This document shows, piece after piece, positions 36,659 to 45,844 of a stretch of 64,000 bases of DNA. The number at the start of each line of letters is the position of its first letter. Position 1 is the stretch's first letter. This DNA is from a virus (Duplodnaviria; Caudoviricetes), in the IMG/VR virus record IMGVR_UViG_3300031707_006565, positions 437 through 64,436 of that record; one strand, written 5' to 3'. The position numbers and the translations under genes are program-made. The notes beneath the pieces are model-generated. The model did no database searches and was not told the origin of the DNA. It saw only the letters and a program-made list of their open reading frames with translations.

Positions 36659-37782
36659 TGTTAATAAAACCTTATTTTGAAATTCCGAATTCTGTCTTTG
36701 AATGCCGCACTCTCGCTAGTTCAGGAATGAATTTAGATAATAGCCATATTAAGTTTGCTTGGATTGGTAATATTCCTAATACAGGCAACCTTACAAGGGT
36801 AGGGATTAGAGTTGATACTAATTCGCACTTACACAATGTCAAAGTAAGATTATATAACGTGAATACGGATGGTACACCAAATGAAAGTTCGCCGTATAAA
36901 GGTGTTAGTAGTTACGCAATTCTTGACCCGTCACTAACAAACTACGCGGTAAATAATTTATATTTGCTTGATTTGACTGTGGCAATTCCCGCCGAAAGAG
37001 GAGATTTAGTTGCGGTGGTGTTTAAGTGGGTGAATGATATTGGTGATATTGCTTTTACTAAGATTGATACGAGAGAGGGAGTAATATTTCCTTATCACGC
37101 TTACTATACTACTGCTTGGCATAAGAGTTCCTTTAGTCCTGATTACTCAACGATTGTTTTCGGATATGGAGATAATTTCTATGAAATGAATACTGCTCCG
37201 ATTAAAGACCGTTACAATACAGAATTATTGCAAGGTTATGAGGTGGCTTTAAGATTCAAAGTTCCTTATGAGTGTCGTTGTTGCGGTTTTTGGATGTATA
37301 TGGGCGGTGATACTTCTGTTACTGGTAATTATCCGTCCAATTTAGGGAAGTTAAGATTATATGAAGATGATGTTGTAATTTACGAAGAGGATTGGGATTC
37401 GTGGCGGCAAGGTGTGCAGAGTTCATCTTCGCTTACTGGTCTTTATAGATATAGTTTTGATGATGTTGCTAATGAACCCGTGTTAACCTTAAACCCAATT
37501 AAAGTTTATAAGTTAGCCTTGGAGTTAGAAACGACTGCGAGTGCTTATGGTACACAATATCGTGAAATTGAGGTTGCAGCTAAAGTTAAAAGCGGTAATG
37601 CGTGGGTAGATTACTCTTATCCAGAAAATTTATGGGGAGCAATTTCAGGCGGGAAGGAATTTTATAAAGTTTTAAGGCAAAGCGGGCAGTCTTGGATAGA
37701 ATATATAACAAAACGACCTTTATTTGGTATCTTTGTTGATGGATTAGAATTAGCTGAAGGAGACCACGCGGGAATTATATGA
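36658..37782 (+). CDS. Putative receptor-binding/fibre protein, paralog A
   Basis: Shares FPY.A.Y, F..PY...G.WM, REI.V and W....TKR...G with the next ORF. Confidence 0.6.
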   Translation: MLIKPYFEIPNSVFECRTLASSGMNLDNSHIKFAWIGNIPNTGNLTRVGIRVDTNSHLHNVKVRLYNVNTDGTPNESSPYKGVSSYAILDPSLTNYAVNNLYLLDLTVAIPAERGDLVAVVFKWVNDIGDIAFTKIDTREGVIFPYHAYYTTAWHKSSFSPDYSTIVFGYGDNFYEMNTAPIKDRYNTELLQGYEVALRFKVPYECRCCGFWMYMGGDTSVTGNYPSNLGKLRLYEDDVVIYEEDWDSWRQGVQSSSSLTGLYRYSFDDVANEPVLTLNPIKVYKLALELETTASAYGTQYREIEVAAKVKSGNAWVDYSYPENLWGAISGGKEFYKVLRQSGQSWIEYITKRPLFGIFVDGLELAEGDHAGII

Positions 37783-38915
37783 ATAGGTTTTCTACATTAG
37801 AGATTCCGTCACAACAAATGGATTTTTCAAGCATAGCATCGACTGGTTATACAACTCTAAACGAAAAAAGTGATAGAATGGCTTATATGTTTAGACTTAC
37901 GAAGACGGCTGAACCTGTGGCGTATATTAAAGGTGTTGGTTTATTTGTGGACTATGTTAGAGGAAAGCCAAAAATAAAGGTGCAGATTCAGGAATTGTAC
38001 GATAGGAGTAATGGAGATTATGATACGGGCGTGCCTATTTCTGACCCTGCTTATCCAGAGGTTAATGGGGTAGCTTATAGAAGTTGTAGTGAAGAAGTGA
38101 TAGAAATAAATGATGTAGGATATTATCGAATTGATTTTAGTTCACCACCAGATGTATCACCGCAGATGCTTGGACATATTGTCGCAGTATCTATTGGAGT
38201 AGATACTATTGATGAAGGAGCGAATGAAGAGGTAAGATTTGCAAAAGTCAATCAGCGGGACTCAATGAACTTTCCATATTTTGCACACTATAATCAGAAA
38301 GCAACTAATTGGATACATCAAGCAGACTTTCCAGATGTGGCGGTAATTTATAGCGTGGAAGATGTGGAGATTTGTGTCATTACAGAAATGTTACCAGTCA
38401 CGGAGATTGCTGACCTTGAAGTTTATGCTAATCACCAAAGTAATACTCGTATTAACAAAGCGGGCAATATCTTTACATTGCCATACACGGTGATTGTAGG
38501 CGGTGTATGGATGTTTATTGATTCACTTGACGCTGATTGGCAGTTGAAGATATTGGATTCTAATGACAACATAGTTACTGCTGTTCAGTTTTATGCAGGA
38601 CAACAGGCAGGAGCAAATACGTCTTATCAGGCAGGTAGGAGAATTCTGTTACCAGGTGAATTTCCTTTAGTCAAAGATAGTGCTTATAAGTTAATTATTG
38701 ATATTGATTATAATTCAAATGTTAACTATCGTTGTAAAATGCGGGAGATAACTGTTAATGAAACTTTATTTTTAGATCAGTTCCAAGGCGAAGTAGAAAT
38801 GCACAAGATTACTAAAGCAGGTTCAAGTGCGTGGGTAGAAGACAATACGAAAAGAGTGTTGATGGGACTATTAGTAACGGGTATCGGCGGTAAGGAGAAA
38901 AGCTATGTATTTTAA
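37779..38915 (+). CDS. Putative receptor-binding/fibre protein, paralog B
   Basis: See paralog A; ATGA overlap. Confidence 0.6.
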   Translation: MNRFSTLEIPSQQMDFSSIASTGYTTLNEKSDRMAYMFRLTKTAEPVAYIKGVGLFVDYVRGKPKIKVQIQELYDRSNGDYDTGVPISDPAYPEVNGVAYRSCSEEVIEINDVGYYRIDFSSPPDVSPQMLGHIVAVSIGVDTIDEGANEEVRFAKVNQRDSMNFPYFAHYNQKATNWIHQADFPDVAVIYSVEDVEICVITEMLPVTEIADLEVYANHQSNTRINKAGNIFTLPYTVIVGGVWMFIDSLDADWQLKILDSNDNIVTAVQFYAGQQAGANTSYQAGRRILLPGEFPLVKDSAYKLIIDIDYNSNVNYRCKMREITVNETLFLDQFQGEVEMHKITKAGSSAWVEDNTKRVLMGLLVTGIGGKEKSYVF

Positions 38916-38960
38916 CTCTTCAACCTTTAAATCTTTGAACCTTCCTCCCGCCTGGCGGGA
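38911..38960 (+). repeat. Family B tandem plus TCCCGCC-T-GGCGGGA palindrome
   Basis: Seen directly in the sequence. Confidence 0.65.
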
Positions 38961-38963
38961 ACA

Positions 38964-39152
38964 ATGAGTAAAATTAACCCGTTTCTTATATCTATTTTAG
39001 CCTTGATTCCCGATCTTGGACCGTCACAGGAGTATTTAAAATGTCTTCGTTGTGGTGAACCGATCAAGAAAGATTATTATTGTGATCGATGCGCACCTTG
39101 GCGAAAAAAAAAAATACAAATCCCGGTAATACCGCATCCACCCAAAGCATGA
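38964..39152 (+). CDS. Small C4 zinc-finger protein, paralog of 3695-3886
   Basis: NPFL...LIP...LKCLRCGEPIKKDYYCDRCAPWR. Confidence 0.65.
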   Translation: MSKINPFLISILALIPDLGPSQEYLKCLRCGEPIKKDYYCDRCAPWRKKKIQIPVIPHPPKA

Positions 39153-39153
39153 T

Positions 39154-39228
39154 CTTTAAACCCTCAAACCATTCGACTTTTGACTTTTTATTTGACCCTT
39201 TGACTTTTGACCTTTCTCTTTTGACTTT
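39154..39228 (+). repeat. TTTGAC(T/C) 7-mer tandem array
   Basis: GACTTTT GACTTTT TA TTTGACC CTTTGAC TTTTGACC ...TTTGACT. Confidence 0.75.
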
Positions 39229-39437
39229 CATAAACTTCCCGTGTAAAATAAATCATGAAAAACCGCCTATTTTCACCCCTTTCACTCTTTTTCCCTGTCT
39301 CTCCCTTCGACTCAAAAAATTTTACATCAGTCTTTTTTGCGGTCAAAAATATCTAAATGCTTAATTTAATGAAAGTTATCAAAAATTTAAGGCGTGTAAA
39401 ATTTTTTCTCAAAAGTAGCAATTTAGGGGTATTTTTG

Positions 39438-39474
39438 GTGCAATTTTAGTGCAAAAAGGGTGCAATAACTGTCA
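39438..39474 (+). repeat. GTGCAA x3 at 11-bp period ending in TGTCA; candidate prophage right end
   Basis: GTGCAA at 39438, 39449 and 39460. Confidence 0.5.
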
Positions 39475-41799
39475 ATTTACGCGCATACCCCCCCCCACTT
39501 TGCCACCCTTCTTCATTCGTAAGGCTTGTTTCCCTTGTCTTATAGCACCTGTTAACATCAACAATTCATTTAGTATTACAATAGTTGCTTTTTTATCTAA
39601 TGGTTTATTCTCATTTCTATATTTTGAAGAGTATATACATCTCGGACATCCTTTTTCACATTTACAATCACTCACAAGTTCGAGTGCCATCGCCATTATT
39701 TCAACAATTAGTTCAAAAGCTTTTTCCGCCAGTCCAATACCTTCTTCAAAACCGTCATATATTACTACCATTGGTTTTACAAACGGATCATTCACTATTG
39801 ATACAACGCTTATATCCCGTGCATCACACATAACATGAAATGGCATAACTCCAATCATTGCGTGTTCAATTCCATGTAATCCACCAGCAAAATCTAATAA
39901 TTTATCTTCGACTTTCTCCCTTATATTTTCCGGAATAGAAAACCACAACCCTTTTGTCTTAAATTTTAATGGTGGTAAATTAAGATCTTTAAATCCAATT
40001 GGTTTATCGTATTTCATTATTCTATATCTTACATACGACTCATTTACTTCAACATCACCAAATGAGATTTTAAAGTTGCCGATTTTTCTGTTTTTAACTG
40101 CTTTTAAAATTTTAATGTCTGTGATTTTTAATGCATCGGTGTAATAACCAACTTCCTTCTTTTTAACTTCAATGATCGAGTTTCTTAAATCTAAATTTTC
40201 TACAATATGTGTTTCACCCTGGTGAACTAATATTGCGCCTTCGTGAGCTTCCCTATATGCTTGTGTTCTATCCATTGTCTCAATTAACTCCCCATCACAA
40301 ATAACCTTAAATATATCAGATGAAATGTTATCTAACTGAACAAACTCTGCTGCTCTACCCCTACTAGAATAAACCCATCCATTTGGAGTATTTTGCACTA
40401 GATTCTGACTTGCCAATGCTTTTAGAATATCCTCTGTGTATTCTCCGAAAAATAATTTGTCCTTCCTAAGTTCAATGGGTAATTCAGATGCAGCACATAG
40501 TATATGCCCAGAAATAATATGCGGATTAAATAAATCAATTACTGCATTTTCGTGAGATTTACCAAAAAATATTTGGGGGTGTTTCATGAAATACTGATCA
40601 AGTGGATTCTGGAAGGCAACTAAGCTTGCTATTGATTCATTTGTTCCCCTCCCCGCCCTTCCCGCTTGCTGCCAGGTCGATACAATAGTGCCAGGATAAC
40701 CGGAGATAATTACGCTATCCAAAGAGCCAATATCTATACCTACCTCTAAGGCGTTTGTTGACGTTATTCCCACCAAGTCTCCACTCTTGAGATTTTTCTC
40801 GATTTCTCTTCTCTCTTCGGGAAGATATCCCGCTCGGTATGCGGTAATTTTATCCTTTAGATATGATTCCGGTTTTTTTATTTCCTTTTTTGCCCACATT
40901 ATAATTAATTCAGCCATATCCCTTGAAACAGTAAAACACAGTGTTTGCAAACCATTTCTGATAAAATATAAAAACAATTTCATCGTCTCTTGGTGTGCAG
41001 ACAGGTCGCCAAATTCATTGAAATATGGATTATATAAAATAAAATACTTCTTTCCCTTAGGGGAGCCATCTTCGGAAATAAGATCGAGATGCAGTCCTGT
41101 TAATTTTTCACCAAATTCGACTGGATTAGCCAAAGTAGCGGTCGAAAGTATAAACTGCGGTTTAGAACCATAGAAGTTACAAATTCTTCGTAATCGTCTT
41201 ATTACAAAAGCGACATTTGATCCAAAAACACCCCTGTATTGATGCGCTTCATCAATGACAATAAATTTTAGATTTTTGAAAAATTTCTGCCACTTATTAT
41301 GCAACGCTAGAATCTGATGAATTTCATGAGGATTACTTATAATTATTCTAGACGACTCCCGGATTCTCGGTCTTTTACCAGGAGGGGTGTCACCATCATA
41401 TATATCTGGATTTACTTTTATATCACTTAATTCTTCAAATTCTTTCATTACCTTCAATTGATCATTAGAAAGAGCTTTTGTAGGATAAAGATAAAGTGCA
41501 GTCGCATTTTTATCTTGTGATAATCTCTCAAATATTGGGATATTAAAGGCCAGTGTTTTCCCTGATGCGGTCGGGGTTGTTATAATTATGTTTCTTCCTG
41601 CTTTTAAACAATCAATAGCCTGGCATTGATGTCGGTAGAGTAAGTATTTCTTTTTCGAAAGATAATTTGTAATGTTGTCTGACAATTCTTCCTGTGTTTG
41701 GCCATAAACTGGATCTCTAGCAGGTAAAATCTCAATGTGTTCTATTCTATCTTTGTATTTCGGATCTTCCTTCAGGAGGTCGATTATCTTTTCGACCAT
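39472..41799 (-). CDS. DEAD/DEAH-box helicase with DUF1998 (MrfA/Hrq1-like)
   Basis: TASGKT, DEAH, SAT, QQAGRAGR, HGIEHA, CKCEKGCPRC. Confidence 0.92.
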   Translation of the reverse strand: MVEKIIDLLKEDPKYKDRIEHIEILPARDPVYGQTQEELSDNITNYLSKKKYLLYRHQCQAIDCLKAGRNIIITTPTASGKTLAFNIPIFERLSQDKNATALYLYPTKALSNDQLKVMKEFEELSDIKVNPDIYDGDTPPGKRPRIRESSRIIISNPHEIHQILALHNKWQKFFKNLKFIVIDEAHQYRGVFGSNVAFVIRRLRRICNFYGSKPQFILSTATLANPVEFGEKLTGLHLDLISEDGSPKGKKYFILYNPYFNEFGDLSAHQETMKLFLYFIRNGLQTLCFTVSRDMAELIIMWAKKEIKKPESYLKDKITAYRAGYLPEERREIEKNLKSGDLVGITSTNALEVGIDIGSLDSVIISGYPGTIVSTWQQAGRAGRGTNESIASLVAFQNPLDQYFMKHPQIFFGKSHENAVIDLFNPHIISGHILCAASELPIELRKDKLFFGEYTEDILKALASQNLVQNTPNGWVYSSRGRAAEFVQLDNISSDIFKVICDGELIETMDRTQAYREAHEGAILVHQGETHIVENLDLRNSIIEVKKKEVGYYTDALKITDIKILKAVKNRKIGNFKISFGDVEVNESYVRYRIMKYDKPIGFKDLNLPPLKFKTKGLWFSIPENIREKVEDKLLDFAGGLHGIEHAMIGVMPFHVMCDARDISVVSIVNDPFVKPMVVIYDGFEEGIGLAEKAFELIVEIMAMALELVSDCKCEKGCPRCIYSSKYRNENKPLDKKATIVILNELLMLTGAIRQGKQALRMKKGGKVGGGMRVN

Positions 41800-42893
41800 T
41801 ATTCTAATTCCTCGAATAGTTTTGAAAAAATATTAGCAAGTGTGATTAAATCTTGTCTATTATGCTCAATAATTGGGATTAAAGGTCCAACATTTTTTGT
41901 TTCCAGATATGTCTGATAGAAACCTGGGACAAGAGCACCAGGAACATCATTTTCCCTTTTTATATCAAGTATATGTTTTTCCAATGTTGTTAACTTACAA
42001 TTTGGGAGTCGATCTTTCCATGCACGTCGTGAGAAGTGAAGTAGATCGAAATGTGGTTTCTGAAGATCTGCTTTCATTCTGTAATAAACCAACCTTCCTT
42101 CCAGAAAAGGTAAATCAAAGGTTTTACCATTATATGTAATAAAAGCACTTTCATTGTTTAAATGAGATAAGAAACCGGATAAAACCGCGGGTTCTTCTTT
42201 TATACTACGAACGAGATATTGATGCGTTATGATATTGTGTCCGGCAATTTGTGCCGCCCCGATTAATATAATGGGATTAGCCGATAATCCTAACGTTTCT
42301 AAATCCAAAAAAATAAAGTCCTCTTTGTTATGAAATGCCGATGAATACAAGAGTAAGGGATGAGATATCGAAAACCAACGTCTAATCCAATCAGCTATTT
42401 TAGATGTATCACATTCACCAACGCATTCTACTAACTTCTTGGCTTCAAAACCAAAACGAGGATGTTTTATGAGATCTTCGATTGTTTTGTATCCTTGCTT
42501 TTTTAGCGCTTGTTCGGTTACTTCTCCAATGCCATAAATTAATTTAAAGTTTGTTAGAATTTTATCTTTTGCTATGTTTGCATTGATTGCACTAAAATTA
42601 ATTTTTTCATGATTTTTTATGTAATAGCAAGTGCCCTTTTTCGTTTGAATTTCCTCTCCATTAATTACATCCTCTAGAATCTTCTTATTGTATGTTTTTA
42701 GTAGTCTCTGTTTATACTTTTGCGCTTGTAGATACTCTTTGTATTCAACACCAGACAAAAATGGTAACTCAAAGTCTCTATCAGTTTCTTTATTCTCATA
42801 AATTTCATATTCCTTTGTTTTATCGGCTTTTTCTCGCCATTTTTTACTTATTCTATCAAATGTAAATGTATATCTCATATTGTAACCTGTCAT
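41799..42893 (-). CDS. RNase H-like exonuclease with HhH (YprB/MrfB-like)
   Basis: IYGIGE, FLDLETLGL, TYNGKTFDLP, HFDLLH, HNRQDL. Confidence 0.88.
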   Translation of the reverse strand: MTGYNMRYTFTFDRISKKWREKADKTKEYEIYENKETDRDFELPFLSGVEYKEYLQAQKYKQRLLKTYNKKILEDVINGEEIQTKKGTCYYIKNHEKINFSAINANIAKDKILTNFKLIYGIGEVTEQALKKQGYKTIEDLIKHPRFGFEAKKLVECVGECDTSKIADWIRRWFSISHPLLLYSSAFHNKEDFIFLDLETLGLSANPIILIGAAQIAGHNIITHQYLVRSIKEEPAVLSGFLSHLNNESAFITYNGKTFDLPFLEGRLVYYRMKADLQKPHFDLLHFSRRAWKDRLPNCKLTTLEKHILDIKRENDVPGALVPGFYQTYLETKNVGPLIPIIEHNRQDLITLANIFSKLFEELE

Positions 42894-43240
42894 TACTTTC
42901 CCAATTTAATGTCAAATCAAGAAGAAGTCAAGAAGAAAACATCTTCCGTAAGTCACAAAACTTATGCAATTTTATTGAATTGTTATTTTTTTATTCAATG
43001 ATAAAAACCAATAAATTTTATTTACCGCATTTGATGGTAATTCTCATGAATATCTTATAGTGCTGTAGAGGTTAGTTTTATTATATCCTCATAGCGAACT
43101 AATCTAATATGTCATTAGCAGTTATATCATTTTAAGTGTAAAAAATGTGGTATAAATATAGTGAAGGGTATATCCTTCAATTTTTAATACTCCTCAGTAG
43201 CTATTGTTTTTTAATTTTGTCAACTTAAGGGGGTGATGAT

Positions 43241-43447
43241 ATGGATATTAAATCCAGATGGAAAGAAATCATTTCTATACGCTTTAATCTAAATTATCTT
43301 TATGGATTCCTGGACAGCCTTGTCGTTATCCTTTTTGATACGGTCAAGGTCGGTTGCTATTATTTCTTTACCCTTTACACAAGGAAGATCCTTGGGGATT
43401 CCGACAACAATAAAACCAAAAAAAGAAAAAACAGGAGAAAAGATTAA
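43241..43447 (+). CDS. Hypothetical small protein
   Basis: GGGGTGA RBS-like site; ORF track. Confidence 0.4.
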   Translation: MDIKSRWKEIISIRFNLNYLYGFLDSLVVILFDTVKVGCYYFFTLYTRKILGDSDNNKTKKRKNRRKD

Positions 43448-43456
43448 GGAATATTT

Positions 43457-43837
43457 ATGTCAAAAATCACAATAAATGAATTAAATCAAAAGCTAGCAGG
43501 TTTTACCGGCACAATCAACTGGCACCGCCATTGGACCAATTTATTAGCTTATACAGATGGTGTGAAGGCGATGGCAGAAGTTGCAGGCGCCTTTTGGTTA
43601 ATAGCTGGGGTTGCGAGCTGGCAAATCCAAAAAAAAGTAGCCCGGTGCGATTTTCAGGTTTGGACATTAACGGTCAATGAAGATCGAACTGCAGTGCTAG
43701 AGATGCGTGAAGATTCAGATCAGCCGGTGCTAGTCACACAACAAATCCCCTACACCGACTTCCCACCCGGCACATTTAAGCTATGGATCGAAGACAGTGG
43801 TCGTGAGCGGGTATTATTGCTCCCGTCAGAACACTAA
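43457..43837 (+). CDS. DUF6876-like mobile-element protein
   Basis: LAGFTGT..WHRH...YTDGV..MAE.AGAFWL...FQVWTL...IPYTDFP...VLLLPSEH. Confidence 0.75.
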   Translation: MSKITINELNQKLAGFTGTINWHRHWTNLLAYTDGVKAMAEVAGAFWLIAGVASWQIQKKVARCDFQVWTLTVNEDRTAVLEMREDSDQPVLVTQQIPYTDFPPGTFKLWIEDSGRERVLLLPSEH

Positions 43838-43850
43838 CTAAGGAGGAATA

Positions 43851-44363
43851 ATGTCAGAACGAATTGAAATTCCAAATACCAAAATCACAATGTTTGGTTC
43901 CAAGAATGAAATTAAGCTTGGAATGAACTATTTTAATAAGGTTAATATCAAACAAAGATTATCTGGTGATGAATATTCGGACCGATTGATACTGATGAAC
44001 GAATTTGTGCCTCATATCAAATGTAGCATTACTTATGATGGTAACACGGTCTGGAATAAAGAAAAATTGATACGTGACTTTAAGCGAATTCTTAATAACG
44101 GAATGAAGAGTTTATCAGATTATCTATATGGGTTCTTACACCTTGATTGCGGCAGTATCGCTCACTATGATAAGCATGGCTGGATCGCAACATACCCTAC
44201 TTTAGCATCATTGCGCAAGTTCTTTGACAGAAACGAATACGGACAATCGATTGTAGAACATATGCCGCATTGGAAAGGCGACGCGATTAAAATTGCGCAT
44301 GAGATGAACCAATTACTAAAAACGCAGGACAAAAAACAGGTCCAATGTAGTGTGTCAATATAG
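43851..44363 (+). CDS. Hypothetical protein
   Basis: AAGGAGG RBS; LY.FLHL.CG.IAHYD..G motif. Confidence 0.7.
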   Translation: MSERIEIPNTKITMFGSKNEIKLGMNYFNKVNIKQRLSGDEYSDRLILMNEFVPHIKCSITYDGNTVWNKEKLIRDFKRILNNGMKSLSDYLYGFLHLDCGSIAHYDKHGWIATYPTLASLRKFFDRNEYGQSIVEHMPHWKGDAIKIAHEMNQLLKTQDKKQVQCSVSI

Positions 44364-44376
44364 CAATTTTACACTA

Positions 44377-44484
44377 AATGTTAGGTGTTTGCAAATTTTA
44401 CAGTTGTTTTGCAAACGTTTGCAAACTTTTTGGCAGCCAAAATTTTAAGACAAAAAGCATTTTTGAATGTTAGGTGTTTGCAAA
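44377..44484. repeat. 19-bp direct repeat and four TTTGCAAA palindromes
   Basis: AATGTTAGGTGTTTGCAAA at 44377 and 44466; TTTGCAAA at 44388, 44408, 44418 and 44477. Confidence 0.8.
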
Positions 44485-44550
44485 AAAAGGCGCCCGGTCG
44501 CGTTTTATGTCGGAAATGGTAAAAATTAGTTGTATAGAAGGAGTAAAATT

Positions 44551-45027
44551 ATGCCTAACTGGTGTGAAAATATCTTAACCGTTAAAGGTCCGGATAAAAC
44601 AATAAAATCATTCGTCAGGACAGCTAAGGCAAAAGGCACTACATTATCGTTGAACAAATTCATCACAATGCCGGTAGAATTGGAGAATACAAGATCGCCC
44701 ACTCTAAGTAACACCGAGCGACAAAAAGCCAGGAACAAGCGGTTAAGAGATAAATATCGTTATGATAACTGGTATGAGTGGCGATACCAACATTGGGGCG
44801 TCAAATGGGATGTGAAAGCCCAACTGATCGAACACCGAGACGGTCATGTCACTTATGCCTTCGATAGTGCCTGGGGACCGCCTACGGATTGGCTTGATGC
44901 AGTTGCCAAGAAATACCCGGAATTAAGGTTTACGCTAAAATATGAAGAGCCTGGAATGGGATTTCGGGGTTGCCATATTGTTAAAGACACAAAAATAATC
45001 AGGAATTCATATTTTGTGAATAATTAA
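44551..45027 (+). CDS. DUF1281/YubB ferredoxin-like fold protein
   Basis: MPNWCEN, NWYEWR..HWGVKW, FDSAWGPP, YEEPGMGF. Confidence 0.8.
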   Translation: MPNWCENILTVKGPDKTIKSFVRTAKAKGTTLSLNKFITMPVELENTRSPTLSNTERQKARNKRLRDKYRYDNWYEWRYQHWGVKWDVKAQLIEHRDGHVTYAFDSAWGPPTDWLDAVAKKYPELRFTLKYEEPGMGFRGCHIVKDTKIIRNSYFVNN

Positions 45028-45065
45028 CTAAAGAACCATATAAATAGTTTAGAAATGGAGTTAAT

Positions 45066-45227
45066 ATGAAAATCGAGATAAATTCAAATAAAGGGAAAGC
45101 AAGTCTAGAGCTGCCGGATGAAGAAGTAAAAAAGACCACTGAGAAAATTACCGGTTTCTTGCAGAAAAAGCTGGGATTAAAAAAGGCTAAAGATTTAATT
45201 AAGCCAGACACCCCCTCTAAGTTGTAA
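45066..45227 (+). CDS. Small hypothetical protein
   Basis: GGAG RBS; 53 aa. Confidence 0.45.
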   Translation: MKIEINSNKGKASLELPDEEVKKTTEKITGFLQKKLGLKKAKDLIKPDTPSKL

Positions 45228-45261
45228 TTCCTTAATAAACAAATTAAAAAGGAGCAAAAAC

Positions 45262-45828
45262 ATGCATGCATTACTTTATGTATGTTGTCCAAAAGACGGG
45301 CTGGTTGATAGTCAGGCAGCTCGAAATCATGTATTCAATTGGTTAACTGAAAATGGCTTTACCGGAAATGGCGGGTTCTTTCAGAACTGCTTTGCCGATT
45401 GGCTGGTCGTGGGGGGACGTTGGTCTGGTGATTTAGTCGCCTCACAAATGGATCAGGGCAAATTACAGGCTTTAACCAAAGAATTTGAAGCAAAGTATGG
45501 GTTCTGGATTAGCAAGGATATCAGCGAAGAGACGCGCCAAGAACAATATGGTGAGCTACTAAAGCAGTATTTTCCCGATTACCGGGGAATGCCATGGGCG
45601 TTTCGTGATTCGTATAAGACAGATGGTTATCCAGATGATGCCCAAATCGTGAATCAGAAGCTATACGATGCAATAATCAAAGATAATCTAATGGACCACC
45701 TTGATGTCGAGTTAATCTGTAATGGGGGCAGTGTAATCAATACAGATATGCATGAAAAGAGCCAACCAGTCGCTCCTGATACTTATATCGGGAAATACTG
45801 GATTGTCGTAGTTGACTTTCATTATTAA
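45262..45828 (+). CDS. Hypothetical phage/plasmid protein
   Basis: DWLVVGGRWSG ... WIVVVDFH motifs; AAGGAG RBS. Confidence 0.7.
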   Translation: MHALLYVCCPKDGLVDSQAARNHVFNWLTENGFTGNGGFFQNCFADWLVVGGRWSGDLVASQMDQGKLQALTKEFEAKYGFWISKDISEETRQEQYGELLKQYFPDYRGMPWAFRDSYKTDGYPDDAQIVNQKLYDAIIKDNLMDHLDVELICNGGSVINTDMHEKSQPVAPDTYIGKYWIVVVDFHY

Positions 45829-45844
45829 AAGACAGGAGGATTAT

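Larger units (their letters stand above)
1..39474 (+). mobile_element. Transposable (Mu-like) myovirus prophage, left end outside the window
   Basis: Co-oriented DDE transposase, AAA ATPase, Gam, GemA-like, Com, lysis, head, sheath/tube and baseplate genes. Right end approximate (CA at 39473-39474 after GTGCAA repeats). Confidence 0.92.

Noticed and set aside
33983-38915. Diversity-generating retroelement acting on the fibre genes
   Set aside because: No reverse transcriptase in the window; the repeat pair differs at all base types and both copies are coding.
39089-39364. 91-aa ORF at the prophage end
   Set aside because: Low-complexity translation of the TTTGAC array; no RBS.
42952-42959. 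GTCACAAA matching the int-end repeat, as an attL arm site
   Set aside because: A single 8-mer match is expected by chance in 64 kb, and no core duplication is visible.
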